Below, piece by piece: positions 18,779 to 28,307 of a DNA stretch of 64,000 nt. The translations under genes were made by a program, and so were the position numbers. The notes under the pieces are model-generated. The model did not search any database and was not told where the DNA came from. It worked only from the letters and a program-made list of their open reading frames with translations. Positions within the stretch are counted from its first letter, which is position 1. Each line of letters opens with the position of its first letter. The stretch is taken from sequence record NC_048779.1; one strand, written 5' to 3'.

Positions 18779-20383
18779 TTACCTCGCAATTAAAGACATA
18801 TCTAACATGAAAGAAGGAGTGTCCGGGAATTCAGGCAACGCTCCTATGGAGTCAATGGCTTTTTCCAAGTCCTCTAGGGTGATCACCACACGATCATCGT
18901 AATACCCTTTATCAGGGTCTGCGTATTCAGTCCCCGGAACCGGAATACCAGTGGAGCCCCAAGGACCAGCGTGTTCCAGTTGTTTCATTGAGTTCCAGTT
19001 CCACCATGGGAAGATTTCCGGTAACACTTTAAGACGGTAATTGTCGTCGTCTATGATCAGACGTTTCCCTTGTTCATTCAACAACCCCAACATACCATCT
19101 AGGTTCAAGACAAATCGATAGTTGTTCTCGATAACCGGGTCCCGTAATAAATACAGATTCCCTTCTTCATCCAACTCAATATCACGTTGCAAGACCGGCA
19201 TGTCATCGGAGTAAAGTTGCATCCACAATACCAAGTTACCACGACGGGTTACCAGATCATGGTATTTCAATATGAATTCTAGGATAACTGGATTCCATTG
19301 CATCCCCGGGATTGCTTTGATGTTAAACAAGAACTGTTTCTCTTCCACATCCCTTACCGTAAAGTTTACAATCACTTTAGGTTCTACGCGCTCGTAATTA
19401 GGTGGTGGGAACCAAGGGTCGTGTAACGGGTAACGTGCGTAGTAGTAATACTTAGTCCCGTCGAATCCCTTAATCGAATCTCCTGCATGGAGTTCAAAGG
19501 TTTTGTACGGTGAATGAGGATTCCCGGGCTCTTCTAAAGGACTATTAACAAAATCTTTACTGATAGGGTTCTGGTTCACCATCAATGGGTAACTGACCTT
19601 CCAACTGGTTAGTTCTTGCCAATAAAAAGAATAACGGAAACTGACTTCGTATTTCCCTAGGATCTCTTGGTTACGTTGTGTTAACGCAATCGTTGGTTCC
19701 TCTAAGATGATCTCAGAGTTCTCTATACGACGTTTCATACCAAAGATAGGGTTTTCACCCGCTGCATTAGTTAGAATGCTCGTAGGAACCGCACAGTGAC
19801 GTAAAAACCAATCTGGGTAGCTTTCATCTGCTTGAGATAACCCAGACTTAATACTCAGTTGTTGTAGGTGGCTTGAAAGCAACATGAATTCGTAAGGAAC
19901 TGGATAATGGATATGCGCACGGAACCATGGGTTTGCACCTTGTAAGTCGTAGATACGTTGTAGACGGTTTCGGAAATTCTTAGCTTGTTGTCGAGTATTA
20001 AAGTGAACGTTACAATCCACGTTAATCTTACGACCTTCGAAAATAGGTACCAAGTCAGTTCGAGTACCTTTATTACACCATAACGGCGCGTTGTTGATTT
20101 GTCGACCTAGGTTCCCATAACCAGAGTTGAATTCTGTCGTTGTGATTTCAGCAATGGCAAACAACTTGTTATTGAAAATAAAGTCGGTGTATTGACCTGA
20201 GCGAGGGTGGTCGTCAGGAGATGAATACATTGGTCGGGCGTCTTGTGCATCACCGTTCAAATATACTCGTAGATCTTTTTCTCGAACTTGGTAAAATTCC
20301 AGTACGGAATTGATGCTGTCGAGTATAGCGGGACGAGTCGCATTACGGTACGTCTCGCTAGCATCAAAAAGAGCAGTAAGCAT
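18779..20383 (-). CDS. Virion structural protein (possible tail completion/terminator protein)
   Basis: 534 aa; first gene of a 4-gene operon with a strong SD (AGGGGAG); synteny with phiKZ gp98. Confidence 0.45.
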   Translation of the reverse strand: MLTALFDASETYRNATRPAILDSINSVLEFYQVREKDLRVYLNGDAQDARPMYSSPDDHPRSGQYTDFIFNNKLFAIAEITTTEFNSGYGNLGRQINNAPLWCNKGTRTDLVPIFEGRKINVDCNVHFNTRQQAKNFRNRLQRIYDLQGANPWFRAHIHYPVPYEFMLLSSHLQQLSIKSGLSQADESYPDWFLRHCAVPTSILTNAAGENPIFGMKRRIENSEIILEEPTIALTQRNQEILGKYEVSFRYSFYWQELTSWKVSYPLMVNQNPISKDFVNSPLEEPGNPHSPYKTFELHAGDSIKGFDGTKYYYYARYPLHDPWFPPPNYERVEPKVIVNFTVRDVEEKQFLFNIKAIPGMQWNPVILEFILKYHDLVTRRGNLVLWMQLYSDDMPVLQRDIELDEEGNLYLLRDPVIENNYRFVLNLDGMLGLLNEQGKRLIIDDDNYRLKVLPEIFPWWNWNSMKQLEHAGPWGSTGIPVPGTEYADPDKGYYDDRVVITLEDLEKAIDSIGALPEFPDTPSFMLDMSLIAR

Positions 20384-20422
20384 AACTCTCCCCTTTAGTG
20401 AATAATCATAAAATCGATGAAA

Positions 20423-20446
20423 GGGTGAGTCCCGGAGGACCCACCC
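20423..20446 (-). terminator. Hairpin terminator
   Basis: Minus strand reads gggtgggtcc-tccg-ggactcaccc followed by tttc. Confidence 0.6.
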
Positions 20447-20452
20447 ATAGAC

Positions 20453-21865
20453 TTATAACATCCAAGATTCCTGACCATCTACTTTCTCTTTAGTAGACTC
20501 AGTAATACGTTCTAATGTAGATTTGATCCCACGAAGCATTGCGATAGACTTCATAGATTCACCGATAGAACTTGAAGCGGACTTCATTAACTCTTTGGCT
20601 GTCTTTTGAGCTTCAGACATTTGAGCTTTGATTTGAGCCTTGGTGGTTTCATCAGCGTCTTCTGAAGTTCCCGATGGTGGGGTAGATGCTTCCTTCACTT
20701 TAGCTTCGGCTTCACGCAACTTGGCTTCCGCTTCTTTCATTTCTGAAATCATGCTAGTGAACTCACCCGAAATGGTACTGAGAGCTTGACCTAACTGCGT
20801 GTACGTCGACACTCCATTCAGTTTAGAAGCTTGTTTCTCAAAACCCGCTTTAGTTAAACGTTGCTGAAGTTGTTTGACTAGGTTAGCGTCAGGCTCGCCT
20901 GCTTTGTTACTAAGATCAGAAATCGCTTTATCGATTGCTTCCTTAATGCCTTCCGCTTCTTTCGAACCTTCTTTCTTACGCTCATCAAAACGAGTCTTCA
21001 AAGACTTAAGCGCGGTGGTCAACATTTCCGCAGCTTTACCTGCCATGCGTTTCACGTCACTCTTAAAATCTTCGTTACCAGTAAACTTAAGTAAGTGCAA
21101 AGAAGCTTGCTGGTCAACCTCATTCCAGAACTGTTCCATGCCGTCGACACCAAGTTCTTCCATCGCTGTGTTAACCACCTCACGTTCTTCTTTGTCCATT
21201 GAACTCGGGTCATCCAGTAACTTAGAGTCTAGGATTGCTTCAGCGGACGTGGTATAAACGGTGAACTTCTTGTACCAGATGTCGTATTCAGTATCACCCG
21301 GGGTAAATAACTCAAGACCCTTTGACTCGATATGATCAAAGATAGCGAAGATGAGTAACATGTCGCGGTTACATTCTTCAGCGAGTTTGATGTCTCGATC
21401 ATAATTCTTCTTAAGTTGTTCTTCCAGTGTATCTAAGTTCAGTCGGAAGTCACCCAGTAGTTTTTCTAAAGTACCCGAGGCAATCAGTTCTTCTGATACT
21501 TCTTGCGGGGTTAACATCTTAATGAACCCTGCGTGATTGAAATTAACATCTGGACAATAGTCTCGCATCTCCGAGTAATCTAAACGACGCAAGCGTTCTT
21601 CAAAGGACCGAGGAATGAGGAAGTCGATTCCTTCCATGAACGATTGACACTCGTGAGCTTGTTGAATCAATTCGTTACGGATAGCGGCCAGTAACACCCA
21701 CGGTTCGTTCAGGGTAAACGTGCCCACGATTTCCGGGTCGATGCCAAGTTCTTTGGCCGTGGTTTCTAACATCATCACATCGCGATGATCTTTAATCATG
21801 CTATCTAGTTCTAACACACGGTGAAGGCGTAGTAAGAAAAAGATCTTCTTAAATACTTCAATCAT
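20453..21865 (-). CDS. Putative internal head protein (coiled-coil C-half)
   Basis: DGMEQF, TGNEDF and a terminal DGQESW cleavage-like motif; lies in the head-protein cluster. Confidence 0.55.
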   Translation of the reverse strand: MIEVFKKIFFLLRLHRVLELDSMIKDHRDVMMLETTAKELGIDPEIVGTFTLNEPWVLLAAIRNELIQQAHECQSFMEGIDFLIPRSFEERLRRLDYSEMRDYCPDVNFNHAGFIKMLTPQEVSEELIASGTLEKLLGDFRLNLDTLEEQLKKNYDRDIKLAEECNRDMLLIFAIFDHIESKGLELFTPGDTEYDIWYKKFTVYTTSAEAILDSKLLDDPSSMDKEEREVVNTAMEELGVDGMEQFWNEVDQQASLHLLKFTGNEDFKSDVKRMAGKAAEMLTTALKSLKTRFDERKKEGSKEAEGIKEAIDKAISDLSNKAGEPDANLVKQLQQRLTKAGFEKQASKLNGVSTYTQLGQALSTISGEFTSMISEMKEAEAKLREAEAKVKEASTPPSGTSEDADETTKAQIKAQMSEAQKTAKELMKSASSSIGESMKSIAMLRGIKSTLERITESTKEKVDGQESWML

Positions 21866-21874
21866 GAGAATACC

Positions 21875-22963
21875 TTATTTAGATACGTGGACTTGAGCGT
21901 TACATAAATCGACTGAAGCCGAGATAACACTCAGGTAATAGTTGAGTGGGATAGAGACCGTTTTCTGTTGGTAGTTCACCAACCAACGATAGTACTTTAA
22001 GATCTCGTCTTTGGTTTTCTCTGGGTAGAGTTTAACCCCATCGGCAAGTGGCTGTACGGTACGTTTAAAGTTGTTAGCGAAACTACGCTGAGATTTATGG
22101 GATTTCTCCACATCCATCAAACAAACATCCAGCTTAAGGATGAGTCGTTGGACCACATCTGCGCTAGGAGTAAACGCATCTGGAATCACCGGTGAAATCT
22201 TCGCTAAGAAGTATTCAGACAAAGTGAATCCATTGAACCCACGCGCTGGGTTACTCATCGCTTTGATGGTTTGGAAACCACTTGGCATGTGGATTTCGTA
22301 AAGGTTGTCCTTAACACGCTTACCACCCATACCGCTGATGTAACTCGTACTCAATGAGTCAGAGAAATTCAACAATTGCTCTCTAGTGACATCCGACGGG
22401 AAAGCGCGAGTTAAACTAGCAATCTGTGTTTGTTGAGACATCATGCGGTTGTAGAAGCGCTGAGCTTCATCTAATGTCTTAGTTGCAAATTCCGGAGTAT
22501 TCGGAATGTTAGGTTTAGCTGCCAGCTTTATCACGCTTCGAGGATATGAAGTATCTTTGAGTTTGATGCCGTTGTCGTTGAACGAGTACTTCAATCGTGT
22601 TATCTTACGACGTAAAGAACTCACTCGGTTCATCGTGTAATCTAAAACCCAGTTCAGGATATCACTTGCACGACGTAGTAACCAAGTTACGGTTTCTTTT
22701 ACCGTATCCATGAAACCTTCGTTACCATCCACCTTAGGTGAAAACCCTGCTAACCCAGATAAGGTTTGGAAGGCTTTAACGTTGTTCATATCCTTATCAA
22801 GGTCGTCAGCATTAACCGGTAAGTCTGATTCTAAAGTCCCTTGGTCTTTAGGGTCCAGAGGTTTATCTGCTTCTCTCAGTGCTTTATTCGTCCCGTCCTT
22901 GGCTTGATCGTATTTCGATTTAACCGTAGACAGCTGAGCCTTAGCAGCATCTGTTTTATTCAT
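21875..22963 (-). CDS. Putative internal head protein
   Basis: KVDGNEGFMDTVK cleavage/junction motif shared with the paralog family. Confidence 0.6.
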   Translation of the reverse strand: MNKTDAAKAQLSTVKSKYDQAKDGTNKALREADKPLDPKDQGTLESDLPVNADDLDKDMNNVKAFQTLSGLAGFSPKVDGNEGFMDTVKETVTWLLRRASDILNWVLDYTMNRVSSLRRKITRLKYSFNDNGIKLKDTSYPRSVIKLAAKPNIPNTPEFATKTLDEAQRFYNRMMSQQTQIASLTRAFPSDVTREQLLNFSDSLSTSYISGMGGKRVKDNLYEIHMPSGFQTIKAMSNPARGFNGFTLSEYFLAKISPVIPDAFTPSADVVQRLILKLDVCLMDVEKSHKSQRSFANNFKRTVQPLADGVKLYPEKTKDEILKYYRWLVNYQQKTVSIPLNYYLSVISASVDLCNAQVHVSK

Positions 22964-22992
22964 TATGTTACCCTCTAAAAGGAAAACGTGAA

Positions 22993-23026
22993 ATAATCGG
23001 GGAGAGCCTGAGCCCTCCCCGATTAT
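22993..23026 (-). terminator. Hairpin, probable terminator
   Basis: 11-bp perfect stem ataatcgggga/tccccgattat. Confidence 0.6.
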
Positions 23027-23053
23027 CAGTATCTAACCCACACGGGAGTTGGA

Positions 23054-24292
23054 TTATAGGTAAGCTTTAACCGCCGCTAGTTTAGCGTCAGCAATAGTAC
23101 CTAGTGCGCGTGCTGCAACAGTGAAGATCTTGTTAGTCATCGCTGTAGAAGCTTTAACCGCAGATACTGCTGGTTTAGCCCACTCTTTATCGTCGCCTTC
23201 AAGTTTCTTGATTGCTGCGATTAGTTCGTCACGGCCTTTCTCGTTGCCAGACTCAGAAGACTTAAGCTCTTTCAGACGAGTAGCTGTCTTAGACACTTCA
23301 CCTAGTAGAGCGCCAGCAGAAGACTTGTCTAGTGCTTGGAACTTCTCGTCAGCTTTCTTCTCAGAAGAGAAGCTTAGACCAGTTGCTTTAGCTGCTTTAG
23401 AAACGTCAGCTTGCTCTTTGATCTCGCCAGTGTAAACTGAAGCTACGATAGTAACTGCACCGATCTTGATTTGGTGAGTTTCTTTATCGCCAGATTTCGC
23501 TTTAGTAGAATCACCAGTAGATGCAAGACCTTCGATAGCGCTCTTAAGACCGTTGTAGGCAGAAGCGTAACCTGCAACATCGTTAGTCGCTAGTTTGCCC
23601 GCAGCTTTAACCACGTTATCAGAAGAACGGATCAATGCTTCGATTTTGTCTGTCTTAGTGATGCGTGCTAGTGAAGCCCACTTACCCGGCTTAACGTCTT
23701 TCTTAAGCTCTTCAGCTTTCTCTAGGCGAGCCTTAGTTGCTTTAACTTGGTTTTCAAGAGCAACAGACTTGTCTAGTAGACCTTTTACGAAGTTCTTTGC
23801 AGCTTCATACATGTTCATGATGAACTTAAGAGCTGCTGCGCCGTAAGACTTAGCCGTTTCTACGAAACCTTCCATGCCTTCACGAGCCGCTAAACCAGCA
23901 GATGTAGCATCACCTAGGGCTTCTGCACCAACAACTGAACCTGAAGGCTTACCACCAAGCTTAGCGTTTAGTTTATCAGCGCGGTTGTAAAGGATGCCGA
24001 AAGCCGCTGCGTTGTAAGCACCAGATTTAAGTAGTGCTTCCATACCTTCCACACACTCTTCTAGTTCTTCAACTTCTTCTTCGATCTCTTCGACTTCTTC
24101 AGAAAGATCTTCAACTTCATCAGCTAGATCTTCGACTTCTTCTTTGATCTCTTCAGCTGCTTTATCCGCCACTAGCTCTGCTACTTCTTCAGCAGTCTTT
24201 TCAGCGATTTGTTCAACTTGTGCTTCTTCAGCAGACGATAGTGATTCAATGCCCGCTACTTGTGACATAAGTTGATTACGAATATGGTTCAT
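23054..24292 (-). CDS. phiKZ-like internal head protein paralog 1 (gp93/94/95-like family)
   Basis: AGIES, acidic coil, VEGMEALL, RA..L..KLGG, GAEAL and GMEGF; very strong codon bias suggests high expression. Confidence 0.7.
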   Translation of the reverse strand: MNHIRNQLMSQVAGIESLSSAEEAQVEQIAEKTAEEVAELVADKAAEEIKEEVEDLADEVEDLSEEVEEIEEEVEELEECVEGMEALLKSGAYNAAAFGILYNRADKLNAKLGGKPSGSVVGAEALGDATSAGLAAREGMEGFVETAKSYGAAALKFIMNMYEAAKNFVKGLLDKSVALENQVKATKARLEKAEELKKDVKPGKWASLARITKTDKIEALIRSSDNVVKAAGKLATNDVAGYASAYNGLKSAIEGLASTGDSTKAKSGDKETHQIKIGAVTIVASVYTGEIKEQADVSKAAKATGLSFSSEKKADEKFQALDKSSAGALLGEVSKTATRLKELKSSESGNEKGRDELIAAIKKLEGDDKEWAKPAVSAVKASTAMTNKIFTVAARALGTIADAKLAAVKAYL

Positions 24293-24436
24293 AACTATGT
24301 TCCTTTGATGTTTAGTCTTTTTGACTAGAAGATTTAATTAAATATTCTAAACGTTACTGAGAAAATCAATAACGAATATGTGGTACCACAGTACTATAGT
24401 ATCTCACATATAATTACTGTATCGCCACTACGTTCT

Positions 24437-25684
24437 TTAGAAGTGAGCACGTAATGCTGAGTATTTAGCATCCAGTAAGTTGTAGACAGCCGTCTCACAA
24501 CCACTGATGACTCGACGTTTTGCTGAAGAAGCAATAATGATGCTACGCCGAGACACACCGTTAGGAAGTGTGCGTGCGGTTGCTACTAGTGTGTCACGTT
24601 CTTGAACTAACTCACGGTCGATAGTTTCAAATGTCTTTTTCACACTCTTAACAAAAGTCAACATCTCTTTTAATTCTTGTTCAATCATACGCTTGTCACT
24701 GAACAACGCAGAATGAGTAGAAACGTCGACCCCATCGATTTCTTTTGGAAGTACTTTAAAATCTTCAAAAGCACCGATACCCTTTGCAACTCGACCCGGG
24801 ATAGTAAAACGTAAACAGAGGTTGGCGATCTCTAGTGTGTATAGTTCGATATTCTCGCCAGAGTTTCTGCGATCGTACTCTAGATCACGGTTCACAATCA
24901 CATCAGACAGTGTATCAACGCTAGGGTATTTCTGATCCGGGAGGTCTTGTGGAGTGAGAACATCCGTAAGTTTTACCTTACCGGTTTCATTCGCCATGGT
25001 TGCAAGAGGGTGTAAGTCTGAAGTCTTGAACAAACGTTTCTTGTTGATATCTAGGTAACGGTTCCATTTACCCACCTTTATTTCCGAATTCAGGGTGTTT
25101 GTCTTAGACAACAATTTTAATGCATGGTCAATCTTAGACTCCATGCCACCGAACTGTGCGAGCCAACCTTTTATCACATCACGGAAATATTTATAAATCG
25201 TGATAATTACGTTCTTGAAATCAGTTCCGGCCTTTTTAACAACGTCCATGAAACCTTCAAGACCGTTGCGAGTTTCCAAATAAACAGAGGCGGAAGTCAT
25301 CGATTCCATGCCGTCAAGTTTAATAGGGAGTTCAACACCTGCACGGGTCGCACAACGAGATGCATGGTTCATGAGAACCTTATACCCTTCTAACGAGAAC
25401 TCGCCTTCAAAGAACTTTTCTAAACCTTCAACAGCAGCTTCTAGATCGGTCACTGCTTGTTCTTGTTTAAGTTGTCGGTTTGAAAACTCTTCTGCAATTT
25501 CCATGGACGCTTTAACGTCCGATGTTGCTTCCGACATTTCATAGTTAATCTGGTTTTCGATAACTGCGTCGTCAGCGGATAACTCACCATCTGTAGTATG
25601 AGTTTGAAGCTCTTCTGGATTAATGTCACCCGATAGTGCTTCCAGCCCTGCAATGGTGGCTAATTTAAAACGTGTATTCATCAT
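24437..25684 (-). CDS. Internal head protein paralog 2
   Basis: Start moved from 25795 to ATG 25684 (AAGGA SD; removes the overlap with the upstream gene). Motifs AGLEA, VEGLE, DGMES, NGLEGF; ends LRAHF. Confidence 0.7.
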   Translation of the reverse strand: MMNTRFKLATIAGLEALSGDINPEELQTHTTDGELSADDAVIENQINYEMSEATSDVKASMEIAEEFSNRQLKQEQAVTDLEAAVEGLEKFFEGEFSLEGYKVLMNHASRCATRAGVELPIKLDGMESMTSASVYLETRNGLEGFMDVVKKAGTDFKNVIITIYKYFRDVIKGWLAQFGGMESKIDHALKLLSKTNTLNSEIKVGKWNRYLDINKKRLFKTSDLHPLATMANETGKVKLTDVLTPQDLPDQKYPSVDTLSDVIVNRDLEYDRRNSGENIELYTLEIANLCLRFTIPGRVAKGIGAFEDFKVLPKEIDGVDVSTHSALFSDKRMIEQELKEMLTFVKSVKKTFETIDRELVQERDTLVATARTLPNGVSRRSIIIASSAKRRVISGCETAVYNLLDAKYSALRAHF

Positions 25685-25736
25685 GGTTTCCTTCATGAAG
25701 TTAAAGGGAATAAAGAGAATTACCTCGCATGACCAC

Positions 25737-26987
25737 CTAGGCGATGTGAGCGCGGAATAGGTGTTCGTATGCTGAGACGATTTCGTAAATACCACGTTGT
25801 GAGGTCGTCATGAAACGATTAAGTAACGAGACGTATCCTAGGGCTTTACTTGAATCTACTTTATCTGCGTTGAGTGCAGAAACAACCGAATCACGTTGAG
25901 TCTTTAATGACTTCTTCCAATCTGTGTAAGTGGTCTTGGTGTCCTCGATGATCGAAATCATTTCTTCTAGCTCGGAAATCATTTCATCAACACCGTGGTA
26001 GACGTTCTTCGATTTATCAGCGTAACGGTAACTGAAAGGTTGCATACGGAGGTTGTACACTTTAAGTGCTTCTAGAGAAGTCCCGTTTTGATTAGGAAGA
26101 TCAAAATAGAAGCACGCGGTATTAAAGCGGAACTCCCATGCATTATGGTTCTTACCATCTTCAGTACGATCGCGAGACACGTCAATGGATTTCTTAATGT
26201 CTTTACTCAACAGTTCCTGAGCTTTAGCCGACACTGAGTCGTCATTAGAAACGATATCCAAAACCTTAATGCGATCCAGTATGTACTCAATCTCCATTAA
26301 GTTAACGAGTTTCACGATTGGTTTAGGTGGCTTCGATTGAACGTTTAGCCACTGGTTCCAATCACCAAGTGAAATATCTGATTTAATCTCAGGGTGTTTC
26401 TTAAGACGATCCATGAGTAAATGTAGACGCTTCAATAAAAGGTCATAACGTTTCTCAACATCCGAACAAGAACTGATTAAACGATCGTAACCAATCTTAA
26501 TGGAATCAGCATTATTTTGTTGCACCCCGTTCAGTGATTCCAAACCACTTCTTACGGACAAATAGACTGAAGCAGGAGTAAGTCCCTCCATACCGGCTAC
26601 ACCGAGCTTAATAGATAATCCGGCACGTTTAGCACATCGCTCTGTATGGCGCGTGAGGACGTTTAAAGACTCGTTGGTGTAATCGGTCGTTAGAAGTTGT
26701 TCCAATCCTTCTACAGCTTCGTGAAGGTCTTGTACAGCTTCTTCTTGTTTCTGTTTTTGTTTAAGGTAAAACTTAGTTACCTTATTTGACTCTTTGATAT
26801 CAGAAGTGACTTCTGCTATCGCTTTATTTATTTTTTGTTCTTCTAAATCTTCTGGCGGTGCTAGTTCTTCACCCACGTCATTAGCGAACACGTTTTCGAC
26901 GATAGTTTTATGGAGATCGTCAGTGACTTCATCTCTCGACATCGACTCCATTCCAGCGAGTCCTGAGAGTTTTGTACGGATAGACAT
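25737..26987 (-). CDS. Internal head protein paralog 3
   Basis: AGMES, VEGLE, AGMEG, SGLES; ends FRAHIA. Confidence 0.7.
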   Translation of the reverse strand: MSIRTKLSGLAGMESMSRDEVTDDLHKTIVENVFANDVGEELAPPEDLEEQKINKAIAEVTSDIKESNKVTKFYLKQKQKQEEAVQDLHEAVEGLEQLLTTDYTNESLNVLTRHTERCAKRAGLSIKLGVAGMEGLTPASVYLSVRSGLESLNGVQQNNADSIKIGYDRLISSCSDVEKRYDLLLKRLHLLMDRLKKHPEIKSDISLGDWNQWLNVQSKPPKPIVKLVNLMEIEYILDRIKVLDIVSNDDSVSAKAQELLSKDIKKSIDVSRDRTEDGKNHNAWEFRFNTACFYFDLPNQNGTSLEALKVYNLRMQPFSYRYADKSKNVYHGVDEMISELEEMISIIEDTKTTYTDWKKSLKTQRDSVVSALNADKVDSSKALGYVSLLNRFMTTSQRGIYEIVSAYEHLFRAHIA

Positions 26988-27091
26988 AGTGGTTCCTCAT
27001 GAGGTTTATGTTAGGTCACGTCTGACCTTATCTTAGGGTACTCGTAAACACCCTAAGATAAGGCAGGTATTTACCTGCCTTACGTGATCGA

Positions 27092-28291
27092 TCATGCAAT
27101 ATGGACTTTTACCATTTCCAAATCAACCTTAATTATGCGCTGATTACTACGCATGACGCCTGAGAAGATATTCGTTAAAGCACTCAGGTATGCTTTTAAC
27201 AAACCCTGCAACTCTGGCTTAGGTCCTTTAGCTAGAATCTGGTTAATGTCACGCTCAACGTTCTTAATGGCGGTCTTAGAGTTTTTAACGTTAGTTAAGT
27301 GTCTAGGAACGTGTTCGTTTAAAAAACGTTTGAGATCCGTTTTAGTAAATGCGGAGGACACTTCTTTAGACTCAACTTTATCCGTTAAATATGGAAGGAT
27401 GCGAATCGAGTTCAAGAACTTCTTAGCGTCACCAAACGTTTTAATCTCACCAGAATAGTAACGAATACCCGGACCCAGTGAAACACGGTAAAGTGTGAAA
27501 TCCCCACTTTTAGTGAGCTCGGACGTTTCTTTGTTGTAAAACGTCTCGATACCTTTCTGGAAATCACTACAGTGAGAAACTAATTCTCCTTCATTGGTAA
27601 TGTGCTTTTCAATGTTATCCAAGAAGGTCTGGGCCATGTCAAGTAGGTTGTTAGCAAGTTGAGCTTGATCTTTCTTCGTTTCGTCTAAAGTTGAGTAAGC
27701 CGGGTACATATTCGCCCACGGACCTAACTTAACTTTTTCTTTAACACCATTTTTATCAAGCTTTTCATTAAGCTCTTTCATTTGGCGTTTGATACGACTT
27801 TCCGAACCCATGATGGAGTTCCACAGGTCGATCAAGAACTGAATGGATCGACGCACCAAATCTTTACCGAATTCACCTACGTTCTTTAAAGTATCAGAGA
27901 AACTCTCTAAACCAACGATCGCGTGAGCTTCCAACGTTTTAGTGGTTAGGTTCTCGACACCAGAGCGTGGCATGGTAGTAGTTCCACCTAGCTTAGTATG
28001 AATGCGTTCCGCGCGATGATAAAGAATGGATAAAGCGGCAGGGTTAGGGTTACCTGAATTGATCAACCCTTCCATCCCCTCAACAACTTCTTCCAGTTCT
28101 TCAACCAGTTCGGCTTCTTCTTCTACCTTATCAGCGAGTTTTTCAACTTCTTTACTGATCTCTTTTACTTCGTTGTCGACTTTCTTTTCAGCCACTTCTT
28201 CTACTAGCTGCACGACTTCCTCTTCAGTCATATCCAAAGATTCAATACCTGCAACTCTTGCTCTTAGGCGAGCCGCCATAACACCTTTCAT
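27092..28291 (-). CDS. Internal head protein paralog 4
   Basis: AGIES, VEGMEG, SGVEN, VGLESF; ends VKVHIA. Confidence 0.7.
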   Translation of the reverse strand: MKGVMAARLRARVAGIESLDMTEEEVVQLVEEVAEKKVDNEVKEISKEVEKLADKVEEEAELVEELEEVVEGMEGLINSGNPNPAALSILYHRAERIHTKLGGTTTMPRSGVENLTTKTLEAHAIVGLESFSDTLKNVGEFGKDLVRRSIQFLIDLWNSIMGSESRIKRQMKELNEKLDKNGVKEKVKLGPWANMYPAYSTLDETKKDQAQLANNLLDMAQTFLDNIEKHITNEGELVSHCSDFQKGIETFYNKETSELTKSGDFTLYRVSLGPGIRYYSGEIKTFGDAKKFLNSIRILPYLTDKVESKEVSSAFTKTDLKRFLNEHVPRHLTNVKNSKTAIKNVERDINQILAKGPKPELQGLLKAYLSALTNIFSGVMRSNQRIIKVDLEMVKVHIA

Positions 28292-28307
28292 TTTTTTACC
28301 TTAGCAA

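Noticed and set aside
24055-24200. tcttc/acttc repeats suggesting a DNA tandem repeat or CRISPR-like array
   Set aside because: They are explained by the Glu-rich coiled coil (EEVEDL...) coding sequence; there is no fixed repeat-spacer structure.
25685-25795. N-terminal extension of ORF 24437..25795
   Set aside because: It overlaps the upstream paralog. The SD and the shared family N-terminus point to ATG 25684.
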